Shown one piece after another: positions 36,310 through 46,424 of a stretch of 64,000 nt of DNA; position 1 is the stretch's first letter, and each line of letters begins with the position of its first letter. Origin of the DNA: Candidatus Kaiserbacteria bacterium (lineage in GTDB: Bacteria; Patescibacteriota; Minisyncoccia; Phycocordibacterales; UBA918). The translations under genes were made by a program, and so were the position numbers. The notes beneath the pieces were generated by a model. That model had not been told where the DNA came from, ran no database searches, and saw only the letters and a list, made by a program, of their open reading frames with translations. Where the stretch lies: assembly GCA_016204695.1 (NCBI GenBank), contig JACQKD010000001.1, positions 4,976 through 68,975 of the forward strand. The letters are read 5' to 3'.

Positions 36310-39300
36310 TTATACCAAACTTTTTACCATCTCGGCGACGATGGAGGGCTGGCCGTTGCGGTAGGAGAGGCGGCCTTTCACGGCAATGCAGTTTTGCGCC
36401 TGCAACACCTCCTGCTTGTCTTTCAGGAGGGAGGGGAAGACGACCATCTCGATCGAGTGCTCCCAGTCGGCGAGGCGAATGAATGCCATATGGTCGCCTT
36501 TCTTGGTCATGATTTCCTTCATGTCTTCGATGAGGCCGGAGGTGGTCACGGGGATGCCTTCGCGTTCATCAGTCACGACAGCGTAAATACTCTGATATTT
36601 TTTCATCGCGTCTTTGCAAGAATCCAAAGGATGGCCGGAGACGAAGACTCCGAGGAGTTCCTTCTCCCACAGTAGTTTTTGGCTTGCGGGCGCAGTCGGC
36701 ATGGGCGCAAGCGTTAGGCCGGCATCGGCAGTGGTTGCGAGCGTGGCAAAAAGAGAATCGTGTGCGGATGCAAGTTGTGCGGCCTGCTCGTGGTTGAAGT
36801 CGAGCAGTCGGTCGAGGTTGCCCATCAGCGCACCACGCTCGGCGAAGCGGTCGAGTGTTCCCGCCATGATGAGCGCCTCCAGGGATTTCTTGTTGAGATT
36901 TTTGTCCTGTACTCGGGTGAGGAAGTCGGCAAGCGAGATATACGGGCCGTTCGCTTTGCGTTCCCTGATGATGGACTCCGCGATGCCTTCACCGAAGTTT
37001 TTGATGGTGGTCAGCCCGAAACGAATGATCTTTTTGTCCTCATTATTTGGCACGACCGAAAAGCCCGCGAAGCTTTCATTTATGTCCGGCGGCAGTATCT
37101 CGATGCCCATGCGCTCGCACTCGTGGATGATTTCGGAGATTTTCTCGATATTGCCGGAGTCGGCGGTGAGCACTGCCGACATGTATTCGACGGGGAAATT
37201 CGCCTTCATGTATGCGGTCTGGTAGGCGACGCGGCCATAGCTTGCGGCATGCGCTTTTCCGAAGCCATACGCGGCGAATGGCTCGATAAATTTCCAAAGT
37301 ATTTGAGCCTTTGTCTCGGTCATTCCATTTTTTATGAGGCTCACGATAAGTTTTTCTTTTTCGGCGGCCATTACTTTTGGAATCTTTTTCCCCATCGCCT
37401 TGCGCAACATATCTGCTTCAAGCCATGAGTAGCTAGCGAGTTTGATAGCAGTGAGGAGTACATCGTCCTGATAGACGAGGAGCCCGTAGGAAAATTCGAG
37501 GTACTCTTTCATTCGCGGGTCAAGATAATTGATCAAATGTGGATTATGCTTGCGCTCGATGTATTGCGGGATGGATTCCATCGGACCGGGACGGTAGAGG
37601 GCGACCATGGCGTTGATATCGTGGATAGATGACGGACGCAGGTCTTTGAGGAAGTGCGTCATTCCGGAGCCGTTGAGCTGGAAGAGCCCCATGGTTTCGC
37701 CGCGCGCGAGCATCTCGAACGTCTTTTTGTCATCAAGCGGAATGTTTTCAATGTCGATTTCAATGCCGCGTATCGCGCGCACGCGGTCGACGGCGTCGGC
37801 GAGTATGGAAAGATTTTTGATGCCGAGAAAGTCGAATTTCAAAAGGCCGACGCCGTCTTCGCCGACCGTGTGCATGTCGTACTGGGTGATGAGGTTGCCG
37901 CCGGCGTCTTTGTCTGATTTTGGTTCATACTGGAGCGGGACGAAGTCGGTGAGCGGCGCGGGCGCGATGACGACGCCGGCGGCATGCACGCCGACGTGCC
38001 GCACGCGCCCCTCTATCTTTTTTGCAAGGTCAATCACCTCGCGCGTTTCCGCGTCTTTTTCGTACAGTTCCTTGAGGTCGGGCTCAAGCGCAAGCGCGCG
38101 CTCAATTGTCATGGGAAATCCTTGCGACCCGAAGGGAATGAGCTTGGCGATGCGGTCGCCGGTCGCGTACGGGTGATTGAGCGCGCGCGCCACATCCCGC
38201 ACGACCGCGCGCGCGAGCATTTTTCCGAAGGTGCCGATCTGGGCGACTTTGTCCGCGCCGTATTTTTCTTTCGCGTACGCGATGATTTCGTCGCGGCGGT
38301 TGTCGGCGTAGTCCATGTCGATATCGGGTGCCGATGGCCGTTCCGGATTGAGAAATCGCTCAAACGGAAGCTTGTATTCAATCGGATTGACGTTCGTAAT
38401 GCCGAGCACATACGTCGTGAGCGAGCCTGCGACCGAGCCGCGGATGGTGGTCAAAATCTTCCGTTTGCGCGCCTCGCGAAGCAGGTCGCCGACGACGAGA
38501 AAGTACTTCGCATACCCCTTCATCTTGATGATGTCGAGTTCGTAGGCGATGCGTTCGCGGATGACCGGGTCCTCCGGGTCGAGCCCGCGCCATACGATGC
38601 CTTTGTATGCGAGTTCGGACAGCTCCTCGTCCGGAGACTTGCCGCTTTCGATGATGTAGTCGGGGAAGTACCATGTGCCGATTTCTATCTCGACATTGCA
38701 TTGCTCGGCGATTTTCACGCTGTTTTCAAGCGCAGAGGGAATGTCTTTGAAATATTCTTGCGCTTTTTTCTGGGAAATAAATGAAAAATCTTCCTCGTAT
38801 TCGTCAAAACCGTCGGTCGTTTCGACGGTGCCGCCGGTCTGGATTTTCACCATCGTCTCGCGCGCGAGCCGGTCTTCCGGGTTGATGTAGTAGACGTCGT
38901 GGGTGGCGACAAGCGGCGTATTCGTATGTTCCGCGAGCGTGCGGATGTTTTCCTGCAATTCTTCGTGGCCGGGTATTTCCGGATGATGGGTAATTTCAAG
39001 ATAGCAGTCATCGCCGAATTGCGACTTGTACCACGAGATGAGCGCGTGCGCTTTCTCCGTATCTTGGGCTTTGAGCGAGTGCGATGTCTCTCCGGCAAAC
39101 GAGGGAATGATGCAGACGAGGCCGTCTCTGTATTTTTCGATAAGTTCGCGGTCGAGGCGCGGGCGATAATAGAAGCCGTCAATGTACGACTCGGTGACGA
39201 GCTTGATGAGATTTTTGTATCCCGCCGTAGTCTTGGCGAGAAGCACGATACGCGCACGCGGCTTGTCTATCTGCGCCTCGCGGTCATGCCGCGTGCGCGG

Positions 39301-39513
39301 CGCCAGATACGCGTCAATGCCGATGATGGGCTTGATGCCTTCCTTCTTGCATTGCTGATAAAACTCCACCGCGCCGTACAGATTGCCGTTGTCCGTGAGC
39401 GCAAGCGCATCCATTCCATCGGCCTTGGCCGCCTCCACCAGCTCCCGCACCGTCGGCAGGGCATTCAGAAGCGAGTAATGGCTATGTGTGTGGAGATGGA
39501 CGAAAGAGGACAT
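36310..39513 (-). CDS. dnaE: DNA polymerase III alpha subunit.
   Basis: N-terminal PHP domain (FVHLHTHSHYSLLNALP). Polymerase core motifs (..GLLKFDFLGIKNLSIL.., ..YQDDVLL..). OB-fold C-terminus. TATAAT lies 9 nt upstream of the ATG on the minus strand. Confidence 0.95.
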   Translation of the reverse strand: MSSFVHLHTHSHYSLLNALPTVRELVEAAKADGMDALALTDNGNLYGAVEFYQQCKKEGIKPIIGIDAYLAPRTRHDREAQIDKPRARIVLLAKTTAGYKNLIKLVTESYIDGFYYRPRLDRELIEKYRDGLVCIIPSFAGETSHSLKAQDTEKAHALISWYKSQFGDDCYLEITHHPEIPGHEELQENIRTLAEHTNTPLVATHDVYYINPEDRLARETMVKIQTGGTVETTDGFDEYEEDFSFISQKKAQEYFKDIPSALENSVKIAEQCNVEIEIGTWYFPDYIIESGKSPDEELSELAYKGIVWRGLDPEDPVIRERIAYELDIIKMKGYAKYFLVVGDLLREARKRKILTTIRGSVAGSLTTYVLGITNVNPIEYKLPFERFLNPERPSAPDIDMDYADNRRDEIIAYAKEKYGADKVAQIGTFGKMLARAVVRDVARALNHPYATGDRIAKLIPFGSQGFPMTIERALALEPDLKELYEKDAETREVIDLAKKIEGRVRHVGVHAAGVVIAPAPLTDFVPLQYEPKSDKDAGGNLITQYDMHTVGEDGVGLLKFDFLGIKNLSILADAVDRVRAIRGIEIDIENIPLDDKKTFEMLARGETMGLFQLNGSGMTHFLKDLRPSSIHDINAMVALYRPGPMESIPQYIERKHNPHLINYLDPRMKEYLEFSYGLLVYQDDVLLTAIKLASYSWLEADMLRKAMGKKIPKVMAAEKEKLIVSLIKNGMTETKAQILWKFIEPFAAYGFGKAHAASYGRVAYQTAYMKANFPVEYMSAVLTADSGNIEKISEIIHECERMGIEILPPDINESFAGFSVVPNNEDKKIIRFGLTTIKNFGEGIAESIIRERKANGPYISLADFLTRVQDKNLNKKSLEALIMAGTLDRFAERGALMGNLDRLLDFNHEQAAQLASAHDSLFATLATTADAGLTLAPMPTAPASQKLLWEKELLGVFVSGHPLDSCKDAMKKYQSIYAVVTDEREGIPVTTSGLIEDMKEIMTKKGDHMAFIRLADWEHSIEMVVFPSLLKDKQEVLQAQNCIAVKGRLSYRNGQPSIVAEMVKSLV

Positions 39514-39680
39514 GGTGGGGACATTATAAGTCCTTTAAAGTAAAACGAGAATTGCTTTATACGCCGCTCTTGTTTTTGGTATAGAAACGTGTTTTAGTGT
39601 GCCTGGATTTAGATGGGCACCCACACCCCCCAAAAGCGAAGTAGAGAGTATGCAACTTGTGTGCTGGGAGGAGAGAGACC

Positions 39681-40262
39681 ATGACAGATGAGGAATATGA
39701 TCTAGGCTATGCCATGTTAGAGGGACATTGGCGGGTGCGGTTGATCTGTGGCAGTATGCCGCAGATTCACGTTGCGCTTCAAAGTATAGTCGTTCCGATG
39801 CTCACAGAACACTGTATTGCTTTCCTCCCGCGGCTGGTAGAGGGGGAAAGTGAAGATCCGCTTGGCGACTTGGCACGACAGATGTACGAGTACTTGCGTG
39901 CCGGGCGGACGATTCATTTGCCGAACAGAGATCAGATCGTTGATTTCTCTCCCGCTTTTTGCGGAGCTGTGGAGCGTGAAGCATTTATCGAGAATGCCTG
40001 CCAAGACGGGAAGTTTCTCAGCAGGGCGTTTGGGGAGCTGGCCCGCTGTATTCCAGAAACCTACACCATGATTCTTGCGCTTCGTGCGGGCTTCATGTGG
40101 AGAAACTACACGCCTATGTGGATGTATTTTCTTCATGATTTCTTGAAAACCGAGATCGATGCGCGATTAATTATTGGATTGGAGTACAGAGAGGCACTCG
40201 AGATGATGTTTTATTTTTCGGACTTTGATGTAGTCAAGCGAATAGGGGGGTACATACTGTAA
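39681..40262 (+). CDS. Hypothetical protein (about 194 aa) with lower GC (about 52%). Shine-Dalgarno-led.
   Basis: gggaggagagagacc ATG. Codon usage is richer in A/T third positions than neighbouring genes. No family recognised. Confidence 0.4.
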   Translation: MTDEEYDLGYAMLEGHWRVRLICGSMPQIHVALQSIVVPMLTEHCIAFLPRLVEGESEDPLGDLARQMYEYLRAGRTIHLPNRDQIVDFSPAFCGAVEREAFIENACQDGKFLSRAFGELARCIPETYTMILALRAGFMWRNYTPMWMYFLHDFLKTEIDARLIIGLEYREALEMMFYFSDFDVVKRIGGYIL

Positions 40263-40371
40263 TTTATCCACTGCTATTTCCCAATGGCCCCACCTCTTTG
40301 TACGAGATACAGGGAGGGTGGGGTCATTATGTTTCTGATAACCGGTCAGTCATTTCTGATATTCTAGGAGG

Positions 40372-40977
40372 ATGCAATTTCTTGTGGGTGTTGACGAAGC
40401 GGGGCGCGGGGCGCTTGCGGGGCCGGTGGCGGTGGGGGTGGCGATGGTTCCTCGCGATTTTGATTTTGCGCTCGTGCCGGGAGTGAAAGATTCGAAACAG
40501 TTGTCGCCAAAAGAGCGCGAGCGCATTTATGCGCTCGCGCGAGGTTTGCAAAAAGAAGGATTGCTCGATTTCAAAGTGGCGATGGTGGGAGCGGAGATGA
40601 TTGACCGGGTCGGGATTACCCGCGCAGTCGCCTTGGCGACTGCGCGGGCGTTGTATCGACTTTCATGCAACCCTGCTTTCACCGATGTTCGTCTTGACGG
40701 GCTTCTTCATGCCCCGCCCGTTTTCATCCGCCAGCAGACCATCATCCGAGGCGACCAAACCGAGCCGGTCATTTCACTCGCGTCCATCATGGCCAAAGTC
40801 ACCCGCGACCACCACATGGTGCGTCTCGCGTGCCGCTATCCGCTCTACGACCTCGCCCGCCACAAAGGATATGGTACCCTCCTTCATCGCGACCGTCTCG
40901 CCGCCCACGGCCTCTCCGACCTCCACCGCAGATATTTTTGTAAGGGATTTTGTCAAGGAACGCAGGTTGCGGAGTAG
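40372..40977 (+). CDS. rnhB: Ribonuclease HII.
   Basis: VGVDEAGRGALAGPVAVG..., DSKQLSPKERE, ASIMAKVTRDHHM, GYG are RNase HII motifs. SD aggagg lies upstream. Confidence 0.9.
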   Translation: MQFLVGVDEAGRGALAGPVAVGVAMVPRDFDFALVPGVKDSKQLSPKERERIYALARGLQKEGLLDFKVAMVGAEMIDRVGITRAVALATARALYRLSCNPAFTDVRLDGLLHAPPVFIRQQTIIRGDQTEPVISLASIMAKVTRDHHMVRLACRYPLYDLARHKGYGTLLHRDRLAAHGLSDLHRRYFCKGFCQGTQVAE

Positions 40978-41006
40978 CCCCTCTTTTGCTATAGTCCTCT
41001 CACTAT

Positions 41007-41387
41007 ATGGTCGTCCGAATGAGACATAACCGCTCGCAGGTCCGTCAGGACCGGAGCCATCAAGCGCTCAAAGAGCGGACGCTTTCGGTGTGTTCGCATT
41101 GCAAGGCGCTTCATCTGCCGCACCACATGTGCTTGTCGTGCGGGTGGTACAACGGCCGCCAAGTGATGGACCTCGAAGCCGAGAAGGCAAAGCGTGACCG
41201 GCGGCTCAAAGAGAAGCGCGAGCGTATCGGCGTAGAGACGGGAGCAGAGCATCAGCCCGCTCCCGTGCCGGCTGTCGAAACCAAAGACGAAAAGCAACCG
41301 AAAGAAAAAGCTCGGAAGGCGCGCGGAGCGGCCGCCAAGCGCCTCAAGGACGAGTCGCTTTCGCAATCCGAAATTGGCTCAAACTGA
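41007..41387 (+). CDS. rpmF: 50S ribosomal protein L32 with a long Lys/Glu-rich C-terminal extension.
   Basis: VRMRHNRSQVRQDRSHQAL...CSHCKALHLPHHMCLSCGWYNGRQV (L32 zinc-ribbon core), then a ~65-aa charged tail. Confidence 0.8.
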   Translation: MVVRMRHNRSQVRQDRSHQALKERTLSVCSHCKALHLPHHMCLSCGWYNGRQVMDLEAEKAKRDRRLKEKRERIGVETGAEHQPAPVPAVETKDEKQPKEKARKARGAAAKRLKDESLSQSEIGSN

Positions 41388-41471
41388 CCCATCGACTTTC
41401 CACACTTCGCTCCGCATCCGGCGGAGCGTTTTTCCGTCCTCTGTGTTAGGATAGACGCAGGAATCACGAGT

Positions 41472-42380
41472 ATGGCAAATCGGCACCTTTCGAGAAGCAT
41501 TGTTCTGCAGTCGCTTTTCGAGTGGGATTTAAATAATATAGAAAAAAGCGATATCAAAAGCGTGCTCGAACGCAATATTGAAGAGTTCGCACCGAACAAG
41601 TCCGACCTACCGTTCATGGAGCGCCTTATCGACGGCGTGCTCGGCAAACAGAAAGAATTAAATCTTATCATTGAAAAGGCAGCGCCCGAGTGGCCGATCG
41701 ACCGCATCTCGCCGGTCGATCGCAACATTTTGCGTCTCGGTCTTTATGAGCTGTTGTTTGCCGACCGGAGCGAGGTCCCGGCCAAGGTCGCAATCAACGA
41801 AGCGATCGAGCTTGCCAAACAATTCGGCGGAGACAACTCCGGCAGATTCGTCAACGGCGTGCTCGGCGCAGTGTATAAAGAGATAGGCGAGCCCGGCAAG
41901 GATGAAAGCAGTAAGCGAAAGCGCAAGGATGTGCCGTATGAAGAGATGCCGGTCGAGCATCTTGCGGGTGCCGTGGTTTATGCATACGACGAGCAGGGCG
42001 AAATGTATTTGGCGCTCGTCCATGATATCTTCGGGCACTGGACACTCTCGAAAGGTAAAATTGAAGATGGCGAATCGATCGAGGATGGGGCGAAGCGCGA
42101 AATAAAAGAAGAGATAGGGCTCGATATGGAGATTGAGGCGAAGCTCGGCGAGAACGAGTATATTGCGTCCGATCCGGAAGTCGGAAAGAAACGCAAGCAT
42201 GTCACGTACTTTCTAGCGGAGTCGCCCTTTAAGGACGTGACGCTTGAAAAAAAAGGCGGACTCGACGACGCGAAGTGGTTCAGGGCTGCGGAAATTCTCG
42301 ATCTCAACTTCTACGAAGACATTCTGCCGATCGTGACCAAGGCCGTGACAATGCTTGTCGGCAAGAAACGTTCGAGTTAG
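41472..42380 (+). CDS. nusB: Fusion protein with an N-terminal transcription antitermination factor NusB domain and a C-terminal NUDIX hydrolase domain.
   Basis: NusB region [52 protein letters not shown] matches E. coli NusB ([30 protein letters not shown]). After a KRKRK linker comes the Nudix box [30 protein letters not shown] (GX5EX7REUXEEXGU). It is a single uninterrupted ORF. Confidence 0.8.
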   Translation: [302 protein letters not shown]

Positions 42381-42390
42381 ACTCCGTGCC

Positions 42391-43098
42391 ATGTCCGCAA
42401 ACGACAGAGATAAGCTTGATACATTGCAACAGGTGCTCGGCGTCACATTTGCCGACGTTACCTATTTGCTTTCTGCGGTTACGCATCGCTCGTTTCTGAA
42501 TGAAAACCGCGAGGCGACTCAGTCGCATAACGAGCGGCTTGAGTTTTTGGGAGACGCGGTACTTGAACTTATCGTCACCGATTTTCTTTTTGCGAAATAT
42601 CCGGACAAGCAGGAGGGCGAGCTCACTGCGATCCGAGCCGCACTTGTCAATACCAACACGCTTTCGTCACTTTCAACATCGCTCGGCGTTAATGAGTATT
42701 TGCTTCTCTCGAAAGGGGAAGCGAAGGATGTTGGCCGCGCGCGGCAATATATACTTGCCAATACCTTCGAAGCTATCGTCGGCGCGATGTATCTCGACCA
42801 AGGATACGAGCTCGCGCGCGACTTCGTCGCGCGCGAGCTCTTCCCGCGAACCGACGAGATTGTCGAAAAGCGTCTTTGGCAAGACCCGAAGAGCCGCTTT
42901 CAGGAGCGCGCGCAGGAAGTCACCGGCATCACGCCGTCGTATCAGACGCTCAAAGAGCAGGGTCCCGACCACGACCGCACATTTACCGTCGGCGTATTTC
43001 TCGGCAAGGATTGCATCGCGCAGGGCGAAGGTCGCGCCAAACAGGAAGCAGAACAAAAAGCTGCGGAAAATGGGTTGATAGAAAAAGGATGGACGTAG
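42391..43098 (+). CDS. rnc: Ribonuclease III.
   Basis: HRSF..NERLEFLGDAVLEL (RNase III signature ERLEFLGDA), a second catalytic region NTFEAIVGAMYLD, and a C-terminal dsRBD. Overlaps the end of the upstream ORF by about 10 nt. Confidence 0.9.
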   Translation: MSANDRDKLDTLQQVLGVTFADVTYLLSAVTHRSFLNENREATQSHNERLEFLGDAVLELIVTDFLFAKYPDKQEGELTAIRAALVNTNTLSSLSTSLGVNEYLLLSKGEAKDVGRARQYILANTFEAIVGAMYLDQGYELARDFVARELFPRTDEIVEKRLWQDPKSRFQERAQEVTGITPSYQTLKEQGPDHDRTFTVGVFLGKDCIAQGEGRAKQEAEQKAAENGLIEKGWT

Positions 43099-43191
43099 AG
43101 GGGGGCGTATGGAAACGGCCGCAAAAGTCCGAAGGACTTTTGCGGCCGTTTCCATTACGAAATTTATTACGAGGGATGATACAATCTCTGC

Positions 43192-45504
43192 ATGTATTTG
43201 CAGTCGCTTGAGGTAAGCGGGTTTAAGTCTTTTGCAAAAAAAGCGGAGCTTGAGTTTTCGACGCCAATTACGGGGATCGTGGGGCCCAACGGCTCCGGCA
43301 AGTCGAACGTCGTCGAGGCGTTTCGTTTCGTGCTCGGCGAACAGTCCATTAAGTCCATGCGCGGCAAGAAGGGAGAAGACCTCATTTGGGGCGGCGGAAC
43401 GAGCCTGGCGCGGGCAAACCGCGCGTCGGTGAAAATCGTGCTCAACAATGAAAGCCGCCTCTTCCCGATTGATTTCGACACTGTGACCGTCGAGCGCGTG
43501 GTCAACCGCGACGGCGAAAACGAATACTCCATCAATGGCTCGCGCACGCGCTTGCGTGACGTGCAGGAATTGCTTTCCGCCGCCAATATCGGCTCGACCG
43601 GCCACCACATCATTTCGCAAGGTGAAGCAGACCGCATCCTCTCGGCAAATCCGAAAGAACGCCGCGAGATGATCGAGGACGCGTTAGGTCTGAAGCTCTA
43701 TCAATACAAAAAAGCCGAGAGCGAGAAGAAACTCGAAAAGACGAAAGAAAATATCGCGCAGGTCACTTCGCTCCGCAAGGAGATCCAGCCGCATCTCCAC
43801 TTCCTTGAGCGGCAGGTGAAAAAGCTCGAAAAGTCTACGGAGCTTCGCGACCGGCTCACGGCGTTTTATAAAGCATACCTCCTGCGCGAGGAGCTCTATC
43901 TTGAACATCACACAAAGCGTTTGCGGGAAGAGGAGCGGGCGCCCGAGGCGGAGCTCGCGGTGCTGAAACACGAGCTCGCAAAAGCGAAACAGACGCTCGC
44001 CGAGGCCGAAAAGGATGAGAAGCGCGACGCGCTCGTGCGGCTTGAAGCACAGCTTTCGGTGCTTCGCCATAAACGGCAGGAGGTACTGCGTGAGAGCGGC
44101 CGCGTCGAGGGACAGCTTGGGTATCTTGAGCGGCAGGCGGCCGACCACGCGCGCAAAAAAGAACGCGAAACGCATCCGCCCGTGCCGTTTGCCGAGGTGA
44201 CGCGGGTGGTGGACCAGGTCGAGCAAGTCGCACAGAGCGCGCACGGGGAGGAAGACACGGCGGGATTGCGGCGCGTGATTGAGAGCATGGTGCGCACATT
44301 GCGGTCATTTCTCAATGAGACCGCGCGCATACACACGGACACTCCGGAGGAGACGCGCCTTGAGCGGGAGCTCGGCAAGCTCCGCGAAGAGAAGGAGCAC
44401 AATGAACGTACGCTTGCGGCGATTGACGGAGAAGAGCAGTCGCTTTCCCGTGAGTACGAGACGCTGAAACGGTCTATTGAAGCCGAGGCGAGCGAGAGCC
44501 GTGCCGCCGAGCGGGAAGTCTTTCGCATCATGGGGCGCGAGCGCGAGCTGATTGAGATAAAGAACCGCGTTACCCGCGAGACGCAGATGCTCGAACGCGA
44601 TCGGGAAGAATTCACCCGCGAGCTCAAAGAAGGCGCGATACTCGTCGGGTTTGAGATTACCCGCTACCGCGAGCACACCGTCGACCCGGACGGCATGTCG
44701 CTTACCGCGGTTGTTGTTGTCGATGAAGATCGTTCCGTACAGCTCGGCCGCCGCCGCGAGCTTGAGAAAATGAAGATTCGTCTCGAAGAGCTCGGCGCGA
44801 GCGGCGGCGGTGAAGTGATGAAAGAGTATGAGGAGGTCAAAGGCCGCGAAGCATTTCTTTCTCGCGAGATTGCCGACCTTGAACAATCAATCGAGAAGCT
44901 CGCGGAGCTGATTGTTGACTTGACCGAAAAATTAAACGAAGAATTTGTCGGCGGCATCGAGAAAATCAATACCGAGTTCAACCGCTTTTTCATGCTGATG
45001 TTCGGCGGCGGCTCGGCAAATCTTTTGCGCATCAAGCCAAAGGTGCGCAGGAAGAAGAGCGACCTTGAAGGACTACTTGCCGGCGATGGCGAGGGGGGCG
45101 ACCTGCCGGACGACGGAGGCGAAGATGAGGATTCGTCGGTTGACGGAGAAGAAGGTGTCGACATAGATGTGAAGCTCCCGAACAAGCGCGTGCGGGGCTT
45201 GGAAATGCTCTCCGGCGGCGAGCGGGCGCTGACCTCTATCGCGCTCATTTTTGCGATGAGTCAGGTCAATCCGCCGCTCTTTGTCATTCTTGACGAGACC
45301 GACGCCGCGCTCGACGAAGCCAACAGCCGGCGCTACGGCGACATGATCGAGTCGCTTGCGAAGAAGTCCCAGCTCATTTTGATAACTCACAATCGCGAAA
45401 CCATGTCCCGCGCCGGCGTCCTCTACGGCGTCACCATGGGCGGCGACGGCATTTCCAAACTCCTCTCCGTCAAACTCGAAGAAGCCGTCGCCGTGGCGAA
45501 GTGA
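43192..45504 (+). CDS. smc: SMC-family chromosome segregation ATPase (short, 770 aa).
   Basis: Walker A GPNGSGKSN. C-terminal signature LSGGERALTSIALIFAM and Walker B/D-loop ILDETDAALD. Long coiled-coil middle. The position after rnc is canonical. Extended -10 TGATACAAT lies 6 nt before the ATG. Confidence 0.85.
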   Translation: MYLQSLEVSGFKSFAKKAELEFSTPITGIVGPNGSGKSNVVEAFRFVLGEQSIKSMRGKKGEDLIWGGGTSLARANRASVKIVLNNESRLFPIDFDTVTVERVVNRDGENEYSINGSRTRLRDVQELLSAANIGSTGHHIISQGEADRILSANPKERREMIEDALGLKLYQYKKAESEKKLEKTKENIAQVTSLRKEIQPHLHFLERQVKKLEKSTELRDRLTAFYKAYLLREELYLEHHTKRLREEERAPEAELAVLKHELAKAKQTLAEAEKDEKRDALVRLEAQLSVLRHKRQEVLRESGRVEGQLGYLERQAADHARKKERETHPPVPFAEVTRVVDQVEQVAQSAHGEEDTAGLRRVIESMVRTLRSFLNETARIHTDTPEETRLERELGKLREEKEHNERTLAAIDGEEQSLSREYETLKRSIEAEASESRAAEREVFRIMGRERELIEIKNRVTRETQMLERDREEFTRELKEGAILVGFEITRYREHTVDPDGMSLTAVVVVDEDRSVQLGRRRELEKMKIRLEELGASGGGEVMKEYEEVKGREAFLSREIADLEQSIEKLAELIVDLTEKLNEEFVGGIEKINTEFNRFFMLMFGGGSANLLRIKPKVRRKKSDLEGLLAGDGEGGDLPDDGGEDEDSSVDGEEGVDIDVKLPNKRVRGLEMLSGGERALTSIALIFAMSQVNPPLFVILDETDAALDEANSRRYGDMIESLAKKSQLILITHNRETMSRAGVLYGVTMGGDGISKLLSVKLEEAVAVAK

Positions 45505-45567
45505 AATGGTATTGACCGGTGGTGTATACTGGAACGTACGGGGGATTACGAAGATAACATAAACCAC

Positions 45568-45744
45568 CATGACAAACTGCAAAAAATGCGGCAAGGAAAC
45601 CAAGGGATTCAAGTGCGATGTCGATACGTGCGGCATGGAAGCGGAACAGCATGATGCTAATCATGCATGCGGAGGCGAGCACTGCGTGCCGAAGTGTTCT
45701 GCGTGCAATGAAGCGGAAACAAAGTGCACCTGCTCCGCAGAATA
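45568..45744 (+). CDS. Candidate Cys-rich micro-protein (58 aa, 10 Cys, zinc-ribbon/metal-binding-like). Not in the supplied ORF track because it is shorter than 60 aa.
   Basis: MTNCKKCGKETKGFKCDVDTCGMEAEQHDANHACGGEHCVPKCSACNEAETKCTCSAE, with spacing CxxC...CxxxxC...CxxxHC...CxxC...CxC. Lies between the two copies of the smc 3' end. Confidence 0.3.
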
Positions 45745-45795
45745 GGTCGCGGCATCTCATCGCCGTGTCAATGTATCTGAAATACGACCGCGGGA

Positions 45796-45852
45796 GCGGT
45801 CGCATTTCTTTGTCCCTCTCCGTCAAACTCGAAGAAGTTGTTGCGGTGGCGA
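45796..45852 (+). repeat. Direct duplicate of the smc 3' end, located about 300 bp downstream of the real smc stop.
   Basis: 45447-45504 (ggcatttccaaactcctctccgtcaaactcgaagaagccgtcgccgtggcgaag tga) versus 45796-45852 (cgcatttctttgtccctctccgtcaaactcgaagaagttgttgcggtggcgaaa cag). The second copy lacks the stop codon. Confidence 0.8.
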
Positions 45853-45866
45853 AACAGGGCTCAAGT

Positions 45867-46424
45867 TCAATTGGTGGCACTCCGTTCTCCAGCTATCTCA
45901 ACAATCTTCTTGATATCCTGAATAAGTTTCATTTGTTCCGCAGTAATACCTTCAATGATGGAATTAAATTCGCTACCAGCAAGATAAACTGTTACCTCAG
46001 CTTCAAAGACTTTTAATTCTTTTGTTCCGTCAAACATGTGGTGTACGGCCTCTCTCCTGATGCCGTTGAATTTGTTAATATTCTTTATTAAGATTCGGTC
46101 GCATCTCAATCGAGCAAATATACCAACAAGTTGCCCCAATGTTTCTTCATCTTTCAAGATCAGTTTTTCATCTTCAAAAATATCTTCAACTCTAAGAAGC
46201 TTCAAGATCCTTCGTCGAGCAACATATCCATCAATCACAAATTTCATCAAATGCTCGATGAGTTGCGCATATACAAAGATAGTCTCTATCATAAAACCTG
46301 CTTGTATCAGGTTGTCCAATCTTTCGCGTGCCATGCTAGAACCCTTAACCAAAAGGGTTTGATGGGCAGCAATGCCAGAGATTTCATTATCAATCTGGAG
46401 ACCGATATGCTTTGATGTAGACAT
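45867..46424 (-). CDS. Hypothetical protein in an AT-rich islet (about 35-40% GC). Possible HEPN-like domain (R-x4-H motif).
   Basis: Strong compositional contrast with the flanks. IRREAVHHMFDG near the C-terminus fits the HEPN Rx4-6H signature. No other family recognised. Confidence 0.35.
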   Translation of the reverse strand: MSTSKHIGLQIDNEISGIAAHQTLLVKGSSMARERLDNLIQAGFMIETIFVYAQLIEHLMKFVIDGYVARRRILKLLRVEDIFEDEKLILKDEETLGQLVGIFARLRCDRILIKNINKFNGIRREAVHHMFDGTKELKVFEAEVTVYLAGSEFNSIIEGITAEQMKLIQDIKKIVEIAGERSATN

